Shown: positions 20,007 to 30,096, counted from the first letter of the stretch. The stretch: DNA of 55,211 bases from Candidatus Eiseniibacteriota bacterium (GCA_044222065.1 JBGAOA010000023.1:1-55211), one strand, 5' to 3'. Numbers and translations: made by a program. The notes: generated from the sequence alone by a model not told the origin.

Positions 20007-20146
20007 TCCGGATGAAGACCCGAGTGCAAGGCGGCGAGCGAGTGAGGAACGAGGTGTGTCCCCCGGGACACTCCGCAGTGACGAACGACCGAGCCGGGCA
20101 CCCGCCGAAGGCGGGTCCCGCAATCGGGTCTTCAGCCGGAGCCTAG
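20007..20146. repeat. Structured intergenic repeat, copy B
   Basis: Outer stem 20007-20027/20120-20140 (19 of 21 paired); core nearly identical to copy A; extra CCCGCC-GAA-GGCGGG hairpin; terminal CTAG includes the TAG stop of the GAF gene. Confidence 0.8.
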
Positions 20147-21510
20147 ACCCACGCCGCGGCGCGGCGCGCGGCCTCGTGTTGTCCGAGCGTCATCGCCACG
20201 AGCGAGCCGGCGATGAGCGCGCGGTCGAGATCGTGCTCGTCGAACGACTCGCCGTCGCGCTTGTTGCTCAGGTTCATCACGCCGAAGAGCCGGTTGTTGT
20301 GCACGAGCGGGACGCAGATGAACGAGTCCGAGTTGTAGGCGTCCTGCCCGGTGTGCGGGTTCGGCTGCTCCTGCTCGCGCATGCGCACGAACAGCGGCTT
20401 GCGGTTGTGCGCCACCCAGCCCGCGATGCCCTGCCCGATGCGCACGCGCACCTGCCGCGCGATCTCGGGCGACACGCCGACACACGCCGCCATGTGCAGC
20501 GCCTCGCCGGTCGCATCGAGCGTCATCAGGCTGCAGCGCTCGACGCCGAAGTGCTGCGAGAACCACGCGACCATCGTGCGCGCGAACTCGTCGCGGTCGT
20601 GCTCCTGCGACAGCACCTGGCAGACCTCGCGCAGGAATCCCATCGTGTGGTTCAGCGCGCCGAGGCGGTTCTGCGCGTGGTCGAGCTGCGCGTACGCCTC
20701 GGTGAGGTGTTCGGTCGCGAGCGCCGACTGCGCCTCGAGCGCGCCGAGCTCGCCCTTCACGCGGTCGAGCTCGAGCCGGTACTGGCTCGAGTTCTTGTCG
20801 AGCGACTCGATCTCGAGCCCGAGCGCCTCGACGCGCCGCGCCTTGTCGGCGTTGTCGCGCTCGAGTTCGGCCGCGCGCTCGGTCATGACCTGCATCTGCT
20901 GCTGGAAGCGCCTCGCGGCTTCGAGCGCGTCACGCTCGCGGCCGGCCTCGGTCGTCTCGGGGCGCGGCGCGCGGTGCAGGTGCTGCGAGATCGCGAGCGT
21001 CGCCGTGGCCTTGAGCGGCAGCAGCGAGGCGATCTCCTTGCTGCCGAACGCGCCCTTCTTCGAACTCGCGATCATGAGCAGGCCGAGGATGTCGTCCTGG
21101 TCCGCGAGCGGCAGGCACACGGCCGACTGCCAGTCGCGCATCGGCGACACGGGCCCCATCGCGTGCGCTTCGGGCAGGCTCAATTCGTAGTAGGGCGACG
21201 ACTGGAAGAGCTGCGTGAGCCATTTGCCCCGGTCGCCGTGATTGAAGAATGCACTGGGGTGGAAGAACTTTCGCACGAGTCGCGCGGGGAGCCGCTCGAC
21301 CTGGATCGAGAGGTCGCGGCGCTGGAGCCGGTTCGCGTCCCGCTGGTAGACGTTCACGATCGCGTCGCGGCTCACTTCGTAGAACGCCACCGAAGCCCGC
21401 CAGTCCGAGCGAACCGATTGCAGGTAACCGAGAAACTCGAACAGCACCGCTTCGGTGTTCCGCGAAGTCGCGAGCCGCTCCGAGATGTCGCGCAAGTCGA
21501 ATTTGGACAC
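20143..21510 (-). CDS. GAF-domain protein (GAF - coiled coil - GAF), no output domain
   Basis: 'SAVCLPLADQDDILGLLMIAS' and 'GQGIAGWVAHNRKPL...SFICVPLVHNNRLFGVMNLSNK...FDEHD' GAF signatures around a heptad-rich linker; GTG start after GAGGGG. Confidence 0.85.
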   Translation of the reverse strand: MSKFDLRDISERLATSRNTEAVLFEFLGYLQSVRSDWRASVAFYEVSRDAIVNVYQRDANRLQRRDLSIQVERLPARLVRKFFHPSAFFNHGDRGKWLTQLFQSSPYYELSLPEAHAMGPVSPMRDWQSAVCLPLADQDDILGLLMIASSKKGAFGSKEIASLLPLKATATLAISQHLHRAPRPETTEAGRERDALEAARRFQQQMQVMTERAAELERDNADKARRVEALGLEIESLDKNSSQYRLELDRVKGELGALEAQSALATEHLTEAYAQLDHAQNRLGALNHTMGFLREVCQVLSQEHDRDEFARTMVAWFSQHFGVERCSLMTLDATGEALHMAACVGVSPEIARQVRVRIGQGIAGWVAHNRKPLFVRMREQEQPNPHTGQDAYNSDSFICVPLVHNNRLFGVMNLSNKRDGESFDEHDLDRALIAGSLVAMTLGQHEAARRAAAWV

Positions 21511-21558
21511 GAGCCGATCCCCCTCGAGAAGTCGTGCGCAGTGTGGGCACGAAGCGAA

Positions 21559-21575
21559 GGCAACGGCTGTGCCCA
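21559..21575 (-). promoter_or_regulatory. Putative sigma54 promoter
   Basis: Minus strand TGGGCAC-AGCCG-TTGCC (GG-N10-GC) about 50 nt upstream of the GAF gene. Confidence 0.6.
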
Positions 21576-21678
21576 TTGCCCCATTGCGACGTGCACGGCC
21601 CGACGAGCGCGCGGCGGACGCGCTTGCCGCTGCGGCGCCGAGCGGTGGAGACTGCGCCGCGCGAAGGGAGGTGACGCG

Positions 21679-23036
21679 ATGAAACCGGACGAGGTGCGGT
21701 TGCCCGAGGCGATGTCGGCGGCGCTCGCGGAGCGGCTCGAGCGGCTGATCCCGCTCGCATCACTCGGCGACGACGCGCCGGCCGTGGACGCGGCCGGGCG
21801 GCGCGCGCTCGCCGAACTCGCCGCGCGGCTCGCGAACACGTACCCGTACCCCGACGCGCACTACGCGGGCCAGATGCTCAAGCCGCCGCATCCGGTCGCG
21901 TGGGCCGCGTGGGCCGCGACGATGCTGCTCAATCCGAACAACCACGCGCTCGACGGCGGACCGGCGACGGCGGCGATGGAGCGCGAAGCGGTCGAGTGGA
22001 TCGCGCGCCGCTACGGCTTCGCGCGCCACCTCGGACACCTCACGGCCTCGGGCACGATCGCGAACCTCGAGGCGCTGTGGGTCGCGCGCGAGCTGCGCCC
22101 CGGCGCGACGATTCTCTCGGGCGAGAGCGCGCACTACACGCACGCGCGCGTGTGCGGATTGCTCGGCGTGCCGCACGAGACCGTGCCGCAGGACGACCGC
22201 GGCCGCATGGACCTCGGCGCGCTCGAGGCGCGGCTCGCCCGCGGCGGCGTCGGCACCGTGGTCGCGACAGTCGGCACGACCGGGCTCGGCGCGCTCGATC
22301 CGGCGCACGCGATCGCGGACCTCGCCGCGCGCCACGGCGCGCGGCTGCACGTGGACGCGGCGTACGGCGGCTTCTACGCGCTGCTCGCCGACGGCGGCTC
22401 GCCCGGCGTCGCGCGCGAACCGTTCGACGCGTTCGCGCGCGCGGACTCGATCGTCGTGGATCCGCACAAGCACGGGCTCCAGCCGTACGGCTGCGGCTGC
22501 GTGCTGTTCGCCGATCCCGCCGTCGGCCGCGTGTACGCGCACGACTCGCCCTACACGTACTTCACCTCGAAGGACCTGCACCTCGGCGAGATCAGCTTCG
22601 AGTGCTCGCGCGCCGGCGCGCGGCCGCCGCGCTGTGGGCGACGCTGCGCGCGCTGCCGCCGCCGCGCGACGGTCTCGGCGCGACGCTCGCCGCGTGCCGC
22701 GGCGCGGGCCTCGCGCTCGCCGCGGCGCTCGCCGGGCGGCCCGGCGTGGCGCTCGTGGTCGAGCCCGAGCTGGACATCGTCTGCCCGTTCGCGGACCTGG
22801 GATCGGCGAGCGCCGTGAGCGCGGCGAGCGAACGCGCGTTCGACACGCTCGCCGCCCGCGGCTGGCACGTCGCGAAGTTCGCGGCCGACACCGCGTGGCT
22901 CAAGCGCCGGCACCCCCGCGTCGCCGCCGACGCGCCGCGCGTCACGACGCTGCGTTGCTGCCTGCTCAAGCCCGCGCACGGGGCGGTCGTGCCGGAACTC
23001 GCCGAAGCGATCGCGGACGCGCTCGCCGGCCGCTGA
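21679..23036 (+). CDS. PLP-dependent group II decarboxylase (Asp/Tyr/Glu decarboxylase family); frameshift near 22620
   Basis: GHLTASGTIANLEAL, GTTGLGALD, LHVDAAYGG, VDPHKHG, ECSRAGA; the continuation AAAALWATLR...ELDIVCP...LRCCLLKP is in another frame (1-nt loss in a GC run). Confidence 0.85.
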
Positions 23037-23154
23037 CCCCTGAGCCGCGGCGTTCGCCGGGTGGCGCGCGTTCGCAGTGGCGGGGCCGCGCGGCGGCGGG
23101 CTAGATTCGGCGCGTTCCCGCACGTCCACGCCCGCCGCGAGAGGAGCCGTCCGC

Positions 23155-24360
23155 ATGCCGAAGCTCGTCGCCGACCGCCCGCTGCTCACGATGACGTCCG
23201 AACTCGGGGCCGTGATGGCCGCCGCGAAGGCGCGCGAGGCCGCCGGCGAGCGCGTGCTGCACCTCGAGCGCGGCGAGCCCGACTTCGACACGCCCGCGCA
23301 CGTCGTCGAAGCGCTCGCGGCCGCCGCGCGCGCCGGCGACACGCACTACCCCGACTCCCGCGGCGCGCTCGCGTTCCGCGAAGCGCTCGCGGCGAAGCTC
23401 GCGCGCGAGAACGGACTCGCAACACACGTGGACGACATCGTCGTGACGGACGGCGGCACGCACGGCCTGTTCCTCGCGTTCCAGTGCCTGATGTCGGCCG
23501 GCGACGAACTGCTCGTGCTGTCGCCGCACTGGATGGCGATCCCGAAGCTCGTCGGCTTCGTCGCGGGCGCGACCTACCGCACGCTGCCCGCGTACCTCGA
23601 CCTGCAGTCGGGCGCGCTCGACGCGGCGGGATTCGCCGACCGGCTGCGCTCGGCGCTGCGCCCCGAGACGAAGGGCGTCTACCTCAACTCGCCGAACAAT
23701 CCGACCGGCGTCGTGCTGTCGCGCGCGCACCTCGAGGCGCTCGCCGCGGTCGCGATCGAGCGCGACCTGTGGGTGATCAGCGACGAGGCGTACGAGCACC
23801 TGCTGTTCGACGGCGCGCAGCACGTGAGCCTCGGATCGCTGCCCGGCATGGCCGAGCGCACGGTGTCCGTGTACACGTTCTCGAAATCGTACGCGATGAC
23901 CGGCTGGCGCCTCGGCTACGTCGTCTCGCCGCCCGCGATGCGCGCGACGATGGGGCCGATCCTGAACTTCTACACGACGCACGGTGTGTTCAACTCGGTG
24001 CAGGCGGCGGGCCGCGCCGCGGTCACGGGCGACCAGTCGTGCGTCGAGACGATGCGCCGCGCGTACGAAGAACGCCGCAACCTGCTCGTCGAAGGCCTCG
24101 CGGGCCAGGGCGCGGTGCGCGTGCCCGTGCCGCAGGGCGCGTTCTACGCGTTCGCGAACGTCGCCGGCGCGCGCAACGGGCGCGACGTGTGGGAGCTCGT
24201 GCGCGAGTGGCTCGCGATCGGCGTCGCGGTGCTGCCGGGCACGGCGTTCGGCCCGGGCTACGACGACTGGGTGCGGCTCTCGCTCGCGACGCGCCGCGAC
24301 GACGTCGCCGAGGCCGCGCGGCGGCTGCGCGAGCACGCGCTCGCGGGCGCGCGCGGCTGA
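23155..24360 (+). CDS. PLP-dependent aminotransferase class I/II (AspAT-like)
   Basis: GEPDFDTP, NSPNNPTG, SDEAYE, FSKSYAMTGWRLGY, PQGAFY. Confidence 0.93.
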   Translation: MPKLVADRPLLTMTSELGAVMAAAKAREAAGERVLHLERGEPDFDTPAHVVEALAAAARAGDTHYPDSRGALAFREALAAKLARENGLATHVDDIVVTDGGTHGLFLAFQCLMSAGDELLVLSPHWMAIPKLVGFVAGATYRTLPAYLDLQSGALDAAGFADRLRSALRPETKGVYLNSPNNPTGVVLSRAHLEALAAVAIERDLWVISDEAYEHLLFDGAQHVSLGSLPGMAERTVSVYTFSKSYAMTGWRLGYVVSPPAMRATMGPILNFYTTHGVFNSVQAAGRAAVTGDQSCVETMRRAYEERRNLLVEGLAGQGAVRVPVPQGAFYAFANVAGARNGRDVWELVREWLAIGVAVLPGTAFGPGYDDWVRLSLATRRDDVAEAARRLREHALAGARG

Positions 24361-24371
24361 CGGAGGCGCGC

Positions 24372-24761
24372 GTGCGCTGGTGCCCGGAGTGCGGCGCGGA
24401 GTATCCGCACGAAGTCGTCGCCTGCCGGGACTGCCGCGCCGTGCTCGTGGACGAGCCGCCCGACCAGGCGGCGGAACCCGTCGTCGTCCACAAGGTGCCG
24501 GACGTCGTCGCGGGCGCGCTGCTCGTCGGCCTGCTCGAACACCAGGGCATCGAGGCGACGCTGCGCAGCACCGAGCTGCCGGGCTACCCGAGCGTGCCGC
24601 GCGACTGGGGCACGACGTCGTGGGGCGAGATCCTCGTGCCGCGCGCCGACGCGATCGAGGCGCGCGCGGTGATCGCGGACTACCTCGCGGAACTCGAGCG
24701 CGGCGGCGCCGTGCGCGACGAGGACGTCGAGGGCACGGGCGAGGGCGGCGCGACGCCCTGA
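24372..24761 (+). CDS. DUF2007-like protein with N-terminal CxxC/CxxC zinc ribbon
   Basis: GTG after GGAGG; WCPECGAEY...CRDC; GLLEHQGIEA; EILVP...EAR. Confidence 0.75.
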   Translation: MRWCPECGAEYPHEVVACRDCRAVLVDEPPDQAAEPVVVHKVPDVVAGALLVGLLEHQGIEATLRSTELPGYPSVPRDWGTTSWGEILVPRADAIEARAVIADYLAELERGGAVRDEDVEGTGEGGATP

Positions 24762-24817
24762 GCGGGCGTGAGTCCGCGGGCGGGACCCGCCGGACGGCTC
24801 CGGGGTACTGCGAGCGG

Positions 24818-24846
24818 TTCGCTACGCCCCGGGCGGCGGCTATGAT
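24818..24846 (+). promoter_or_regulatory. Possible sigma70 promoter for asnB
   Basis: TTCGCT-N17-TATGAT about 70 nt upstream of the ATG. Confidence 0.4.
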
Positions 24847-24916
24847 GCCCCGCTCGCGGAGGCGTCCCTGCCTCCGGCGCGCCCTGCGCGCCACCCGAGA
24901 CCGGAGGAACCCGAGC

Positions 24917-26839
24917 ATGTGCGGCATCAACGGCGTGTTCCACTACCGCGACGGCGCCCCCGCCGATCCGGGGCTCGTCGAGCGGCAGGCGCTCGCGATG
25001 CGCCACCGCGGTCCCGACGATGCGGGCGTGTGGCACGACGGCCCCTTCGCGCTCGGCCAGCGACGGCTCTCGATCGTGGACCTGTCCCCGGGCGGGCATC
25101 AGCCGATGCCGAACGAGGACGGCACGCTGTGGGTGACGTACAACGGCGAGCTGTACGGCTGGCCCGAGATCCGCGCCGAACTCGCCGCGCGCGGGCACCG
25201 CTTCCGCGGCTACAGCGACACCGAGGCGATGCTGCACCTCTACGAAGAGATGGGCGACGGCCTGCTCGAGCGGCTGCGCGGCATGTTCGTGTTCGCGCTC
25301 GTGGACCGTCCGAAGCGCCGGCTGCTCGTCGCGCGCGACCGGCTCGGCATCAAGCCGCTCTACTGGCACGACGACGGCTGCCGGCTCGCGTTCGCGAGCG
25401 AGCTGAAGGCGCTGATGCTCGATCCCGCCGTGCCGCGCGAGCTCGACGAGTCGGCGCTCGGCGACTACCTCGCGCACCAGTACGTGCCGTCGCCGGCGAC
25501 GATCTGGCGCGGCGTTCGGAAGCTGCCGCCGGGGCACAAGCTCGTGTGCGACGCGAACGGTCCGCGCGTCGAGCGCTGGTGGTCGCTGCCGGTCGCGACG
25601 GATCCGTCGCTCGACGCGCCGCGCGCGGTCTCGCGGCTGCGCGAACTGCTCGCCGAGGCGGTGCGGCTGCGGCTCGTCGCCGACGTGCCGCTCGGCGCGT
25701 TCCTCTCGGGCGGCATCGACTCGAGCGCCGTCGTCGCGCTGATGGGCCTCGCGATGGACGAACCCGTGAAGACCTACAGCATCGGCTTTGCGGAATCCGA
25801 GTTCGACGAACTCGTGCACGCGCGCCGCGTCGCGACGCACCTCGGGACCGATCACCACGAACAGGTCGTGCGGCCCGACGCGCTCGCGCTGCTGCCGCGC
25901 CTCGTGTGGCAGTTCGACGAGCCGTTCGCCGACGCGAGCATGATCCCGACCTACTACGTGTCCGAGATGGCGCGCCGCGAGGTGACGGTCGCGCTGTCGG
26001 GCGACGGCGGCGACGAGAGCTACGCCGGCTACGACACCTATCCGTTCGCGCTCGCCTACGCGCGCGCGGACCGCGTGCCGCGGCCGCTGCGCGCGCTCGC
26101 CGCGGCGGGCGCGCGGGCGCTGCCCGAGGACCATCCGCTCGGCCGCAAGCTGCGGCGGCTGCCGATGAGCGTGCTCGACCGGCACCTCGACGCGATGGCG
26201 TTCTTCCGCACGCACGAACTCGCGCGGCTCGCGAGCGCCGACCTGCGGGCGCACCTCGCCGGCCGCGATCCGTTCGCGCCGGAGCGCGCGACGTTCGCGC
26301 GCGCCGCGGCCGGGCTCGGCGAGGTCGCGGCGCTCCCGGTCGTGGACGCGATGCACTACATGGCCGACGACGTGCTCATGAAGGTGGACAAGACCTCGAT
26401 GCTCAACTCGCTCGAGGTGCGCGTGCCGCTGCTCGACCACAAGGTGCTCGAGTTCGTCGCCACGATCCCGTTCCACCTGAAGCTGCGCGACGGCGTGGGG
26501 AAGTGGGTGCTGCGCGAGGCGGTGCGCGACCTGCTGCCGCCCGAGATCCTCGCGCGCGGCAAGCAGGGCTTCGCGGTGCCGATCGAACGCTGGTTCGGCG
26601 ATCGCTTCGGCGCGCTCGCTCGCGACGTGCTGCTCGATCCGCGCGCCCGCGCGCGCGGCTGGTTCGACGCGCGCGCGATCGAGCGCGTGCTCGCGGGCGA
26701 GGGGCTGCGCGGCGACCGGCGCGCGCGCCAGGTGTTCGCGCTCGTCAACCTCGAGCTGTGGGCGCAGACGTACCTCGACCGGCCGCGCGAAGCGCTCGAC
26801 GCGCCGCTCGCTCCGGGACGGGACGCGGCGGCGGCGTGA
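24917..26839 (+). CDS. asnB: Asparagine synthase (glutamine-hydrolysing) family amidotransferase
   Basis: MCGING, HRGPD, RRLSIVDL, NGELY, RDRLGIKPLY, LSGGIDSS, LSGDGGDE, SLEVRVPLLD. Confidence 0.95.
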   Translation: MCGINGVFHYRDGAPADPGLVERQALAMRHRGPDDAGVWHDGPFALGQRRLSIVDLSPGGHQPMPNEDGTLWVTYNGELYGWPEIRAELAARGHRFRGYSDTEAMLHLYEEMGDGLLERLRGMFVFALVDRPKRRLLVARDRLGIKPLYWHDDGCRLAFASELKALMLDPAVPRELDESALGDYLAHQYVPSPATIWRGVRKLPPGHKLVCDANGPRVERWWSLPVATDPSLDAPRAVSRLRELLAEAVRLRLVADVPLGAFLSGGIDSSAVVALMGLAMDEPVKTYSIGFAESEFDELVHARRVATHLGTDHHEQVVRPDALALLPRLVWQFDEPFADASMIPTYYVSEMARREVTVALSGDGGDESYAGYDTYPFALAYARADRVPRPLRALAAAGARALPEDHPLGRKLRRLPMSVLDRHLDAMAFFRTHELARLASADLRAHLAGRDPFAPERATFARAAAGLGEVAALPVVDAMHYMADDVLMKVDKTSMLNSLEVRVPLLDHKVLEFVATIPFHLKLRDGVGKWVLREAVRDLLPPEILARGKQGFAVPIERWFGDRFGALARDVLLDPRARARGWFDARAIERVLAGEGLRGDRRARQVFALVNLELWAQTYLDRPREALDAPLAPGRDAAAA

Positions 26840-27930
26840 ACCTGGCGCTCCTGATCGGCGCCTTCCCTCCGGGAGCGATCGGCGGCGCCGAATTCCAGGC
26901 CGAGGCGTGGGCGGGGCGCCTCGCGCGCCGTCATCGCGTCACGGTGATCACGCGGCGCGTGCCCGCGAGCCGGCCCGCGCGCGAATCGCGCGACGGCTTC
27001 GACGTCGTCGCGCTGCCGCCCTCGCGCTGGGCGCCGCTCCGGCCGTTCGCCGACCGCGCGGCGATCGCGCGCACCGTCGGCGCGATGCGGCCGCGGCCGG
27101 ACGTCGCGCTGTGCTTCCAGACGTTCGTGAGCGGCTGGGCCGGCGTCCACGTGCAGCGGCGCTTCGGCGTGCCCGCGGTCGTGTGGGTGCGCGGCGAGGA
27201 CGAGATCCGCTTCGGCGCGCGCTGGCGCGCGCGGCTCGTGAGTCCCGGCGTGTGGGCGGCGGCGCGCGGCGTGCGCGTCCAGAGCGACGAGATGCGCGCC
27301 GCGCTCCTCGCCGAACTCGCGCCCGCGGCGCGCGCCGCGCTCGAGGCGAAGCTCGCGGTCGTGCCGAACGGCATCGAGCTGCCGCCCGCGCCATCGGCCG
27401 CGCCCGGCCACCGCGTGCTCGCGGTCGGCCGGCTGCGCCCGATCAAGGGCATGGACGTGGTGATCGACGCCGTCGCCGGCGCGCAGGGACTGCTCACGAT
27501 TGCGGGCGACGGCCCCGAGCGCGCACGGCTCGAAGCGCAGGCCCGCGCCCACGGGCTCGACGTGCGCTTCGCGGGCGCCGTGGCGCGTGACGCGCTCGCC
27601 GCGCTCTATCGCGAGGCGTCGTGCGTCGTGCTCGCGTCGCGGTTCGGCGAGGGCTTCCCGAACGTGCTGCTCGAGGCGATGGCGCACGGCCGAGCGGTCG
27701 TCGCGACGCGCGTCACGGGCGTCGCGGAGCTCGTGCGCGACGGCGAGAACGGCCTGCTCGTGCCGCCCGGCGATCCGCTCGCGCTCAAGGACGCGCTCGC
27801 GCGGCTCGCGCACGAGCGCGGCCTCGCCGAGCGCCTCGGCGCCGCCGCGCGCGCGACCGCGGAGCGCTACGCGTGGGACGCGATCGAGCCGCGGCTCGAG
27901 GCGCTGCTCGAACGCTGGCGCGCGAGCTGA
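26836..27930 (+). CDS. Glycosyltransferase family 4
   Basis: GTGA overlap with asnB; GGAE, VPNGI, VGRLRPIKG, EGFPNVLLEAMAHG. Confidence 0.92.
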   Translation: MNLALLIGAFPPGAIGGAEFQAEAWAGRLARRHRVTVITRRVPASRPARESRDGFDVVALPPSRWAPLRPFADRAAIARTVGAMRPRPDVALCFQTFVSGWAGVHVQRRFGVPAVVWVRGEDEIRFGARWRARLVSPGVWAAARGVRVQSDEMRAALLAELAPAARAALEAKLAVVPNGIELPPAPSAAPGHRVLAVGRLRPIKGMDVVIDAVAGAQGLLTIAGDGPERARLEAQARAHGLDVRFAGAVARDALAALYREASCVVLASRFGEGFPNVLLEAMAHGRAVVATRVTGVAELVRDGENGLLVPPGDPLALKDALARLAHERGLAERLGAAARATAERYAWDAIEPRLEALLERWRAS

Positions 27931-27942
27931 GCGTTCCGGGCG

Positions 27943-29730
27943 CTACTCGCGGCCCTTCGCCGCGCGCGCGTCGTCGTCGTCGCCGTCGTCGTCCGACGCG
28001 TCGTCGTCCTCGCCCGAACCGACCTCGATGATCAGGTTGCCGCCGCGCACCTGCGGCAGGATCACGCGGTGGAGCGCGACGTTGAACACGTCGTCCATCG
28101 TCTCGACCGGGATGAGCTCGAGCTTCTCGCGCACGTCCTCGGGGATGTCCGAGATGTCCTTCACGTTCGTCGCGGGGAACAGCATGGCGCGGAATCCCGC
28201 GCGGTAGCTCGCGAGTGCCTTCTCGCGCAGGCCGCCGACCGCGAGCACCTTGCCGCGCAGGCTGACCTCGCCCGTCATCGCGAAGTCGTGGCGGATCGGG
28301 CGGTCGCTCAGCACCGACGCGATCACGAGCCCCACGGTGATGCCGGCCGACGGGCCGTCCTTCGGCACGCCGCCCGCGGGGAAGTGGATGTGGATGTCGT
28401 AGTTCTGGAACGCCTCGTCCGGGATCTCGAGCACGTCGGCGCGCGAGCGTACGTAGGAGTGCGCCGCCTGCACGGACTCCTTCATGACCTCGCCGAGCTG
28501 GCCGGTCGTCATCACGCGGCCCTGCCCCGGCATCTTGAGCGCCTCGACGATCAGCACCTCGCCGCCGGCCGCGGTCCACGCGAGCCCGGCCGCGACGCCG
28601 ACCTCGTCGGTCTTGCCCGCCATCTCGGGCGTGTAGACGCGGTGGCCGAGGTAGTCCTCGAGGTTCTCGGGCGTGATCTTGTGGCGCTTGCGCACGCCGG
28701 TGACGCGGGCGCGCGCGATCTTGCGGCACACGGTCGAGATCTGGCGCGACAATCCGCGCACGCCGGCCTCGAGCGTGTAGTGCCGCACCATGTCGCGCAG
28801 CGTTTCCTCCGACAGCACGAGGTCGTGCGGCGAGAGGCCGTGGTCGGCGAGCAGCCGCGGCAGCAGGAACCGGCGCGCGATCGCGAGCTTCTCGTCCTCG
28901 CCGTAGCCCGGCACCTCGATCACCTCGAGGCGCTCGAGCAGCGGATCGGGCACCGCTTCGATGGTGTTCGCGCACAGCAGCATCACCGCGTGCGACAGGT
29001 CGAGCGGCAGGCCGACGTAATGGTCGGTGAAGTGCGAACTGGTCTCGGGGTCGAGCAGCTCGAGCAGCACTTCCATCACGCCGAGGCCGCCTTCGCCGAT
29101 CAGCCGGTCCACGCCGTCGATGATGAGCACCGGATTGCGCGTGCCGGCCTCGTGCAGCGCCTTCACGATCTTGCCGGGCTGGGCGCCCGGAAGCGTCCGC
29201 GGCACGCCGCGCAGCTCCGAAGCGTCGCTCGTTCCGGACACGCTCACGCGCACGAACGGCCGGTCGAGAGCGCGCGCGACCGCGCCGCCGAGCGAGGACT
29301 TGCCCGTGCCGGGCGGGCCGACGAGGCAGATCGCGGGGCCCGGCAGGTCGGGCTTGAGACGCCGGACCGCGAGGTACTCGAGGATGCGCTCCTTCGCCTT
29401 CTCGAGCGCCATGTGCTCGCGTTCGAGCGCACGCTCGACGTGCTTGAGGTTCGCGTCCTCGGGCGCGAGCTGCTCCCACGGGAGCGACCACAGCCACTGC
29501 AGGTACGCGCGCACCTGTCCCGCCTCGGGCGAACCCGGCGGCAGGCGGCGCAGTCGGTCCATCTCGCGCTGGGCCTGGCGCGACACCTCGAGCGGCAGGC
29601 GCGTCGCGTTGTAGGGCGAGCCGTGCGGCGTCGGCTCCGGGCGGCGCGTGGAAACACCGTCCACGGCGGTGGCGCGGAGCGAACGGGCGGTCTTCGGGCG
29701 ATCGGAGCGGGTGCGCAGCGGGCGCGGCAT
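27943..29730 (-). CDS. lon: Lon (S16) protease variant lacking the N-domain, with degenerate Walker B
   Basis: LPW, KERILEYLAV, GPPGTGKS, EAGVRGL, TGQLGEVMKES, PKDGPSAG, GGLREK; Walker B reads LIIDGVD. Confidence 0.9.
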   Translation of the reverse strand: MPRPLRTRSDRPKTARSLRATAVDGVSTRRPEPTPHGSPYNATRLPLEVSRQAQREMDRLRRLPPGSPEAGQVRAYLQWLWSLPWEQLAPEDANLKHVERALEREHMALEKAKERILEYLAVRRLKPDLPGPAICLVGPPGTGKSSLGGAVARALDRPFVRVSVSGTSDASELRGVPRTLPGAQPGKIVKALHEAGTRNPVLIIDGVDRLIGEGGLGVMEVLLELLDPETSSHFTDHYVGLPLDLSHAVMLLCANTIEAVPDPLLERLEVIEVPGYGEDEKLAIARRFLLPRLLADHGLSPHDLVLSEETLRDMVRHYTLEAGVRGLSRQISTVCRKIARARVTGVRKRHKITPENLEDYLGHRVYTPEMAGKTDEVGVAAGLAWTAAGGEVLIVEALKMPGQGRVMTTGQLGEVMKESVQAAHSYVRSRADVLEIPDEAFQNYDIHIHFPAGGVPKDGPSAGITVGLVIASVLSDRPIRHDFAMTGEVSLRGKVLAVGGLREKALASYRAGFRAMLFPATNVKDISDIPEDVREKLELIPVETMDDVFNVALHRVILPQVRGGNLIIEVGSGEDDDASDDDGDDDDARAAKGRE

Positions 29731-29833
29731 GTGGGCTCCTCGGATCGGCTGCGGACGATGGATCGCGAAAACGTTCGAGCCGGGGGCGGCGACGGCGGCG
29801 CTCCCGGGCACTCGGGTTCACCGCATTGCGATA

Positions 29834-29849
29834 AGCAAGAGGGCGGCCG
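29834..29849 (-). promoter_or_regulatory. Possible sigma54 promoter
   Basis: Minus strand CGGCCG-CCCTC-TTGCT (GG-N10-GC) about 100 nt upstream of the lon start. Confidence 0.4.
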
Positions 29850-30096
29850 GGGTTCGGGCGGACTCGCTCACGAGGCGCGATCGCCGGTCAGATGCTGGAC
29901 CTGCACGTCCTTAGCCCGCCGGACAAGGGTCGGCGCGGGAGCGGCGGAGCTGCCACGACCGGTGCCGGATCGCCAAAGGACTTTCCTGCGAGGGGCAAAG
30001 TTCTTGTGAGCGTCGCGGGCCCGGCGCCCGCGGCAAACGAGACGGCCGCCCGCTCGCGCGGGGGGCCGTCCGGATGCTGCAGGGGCGATCGCTGGA

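Noticed and set aside
22605..22635. Programmed frameshift in the decarboxylase
   Set aside because: No slippery sequence or stimulatory element, no precedent in this family, and similar indels occur elsewhere in the window.
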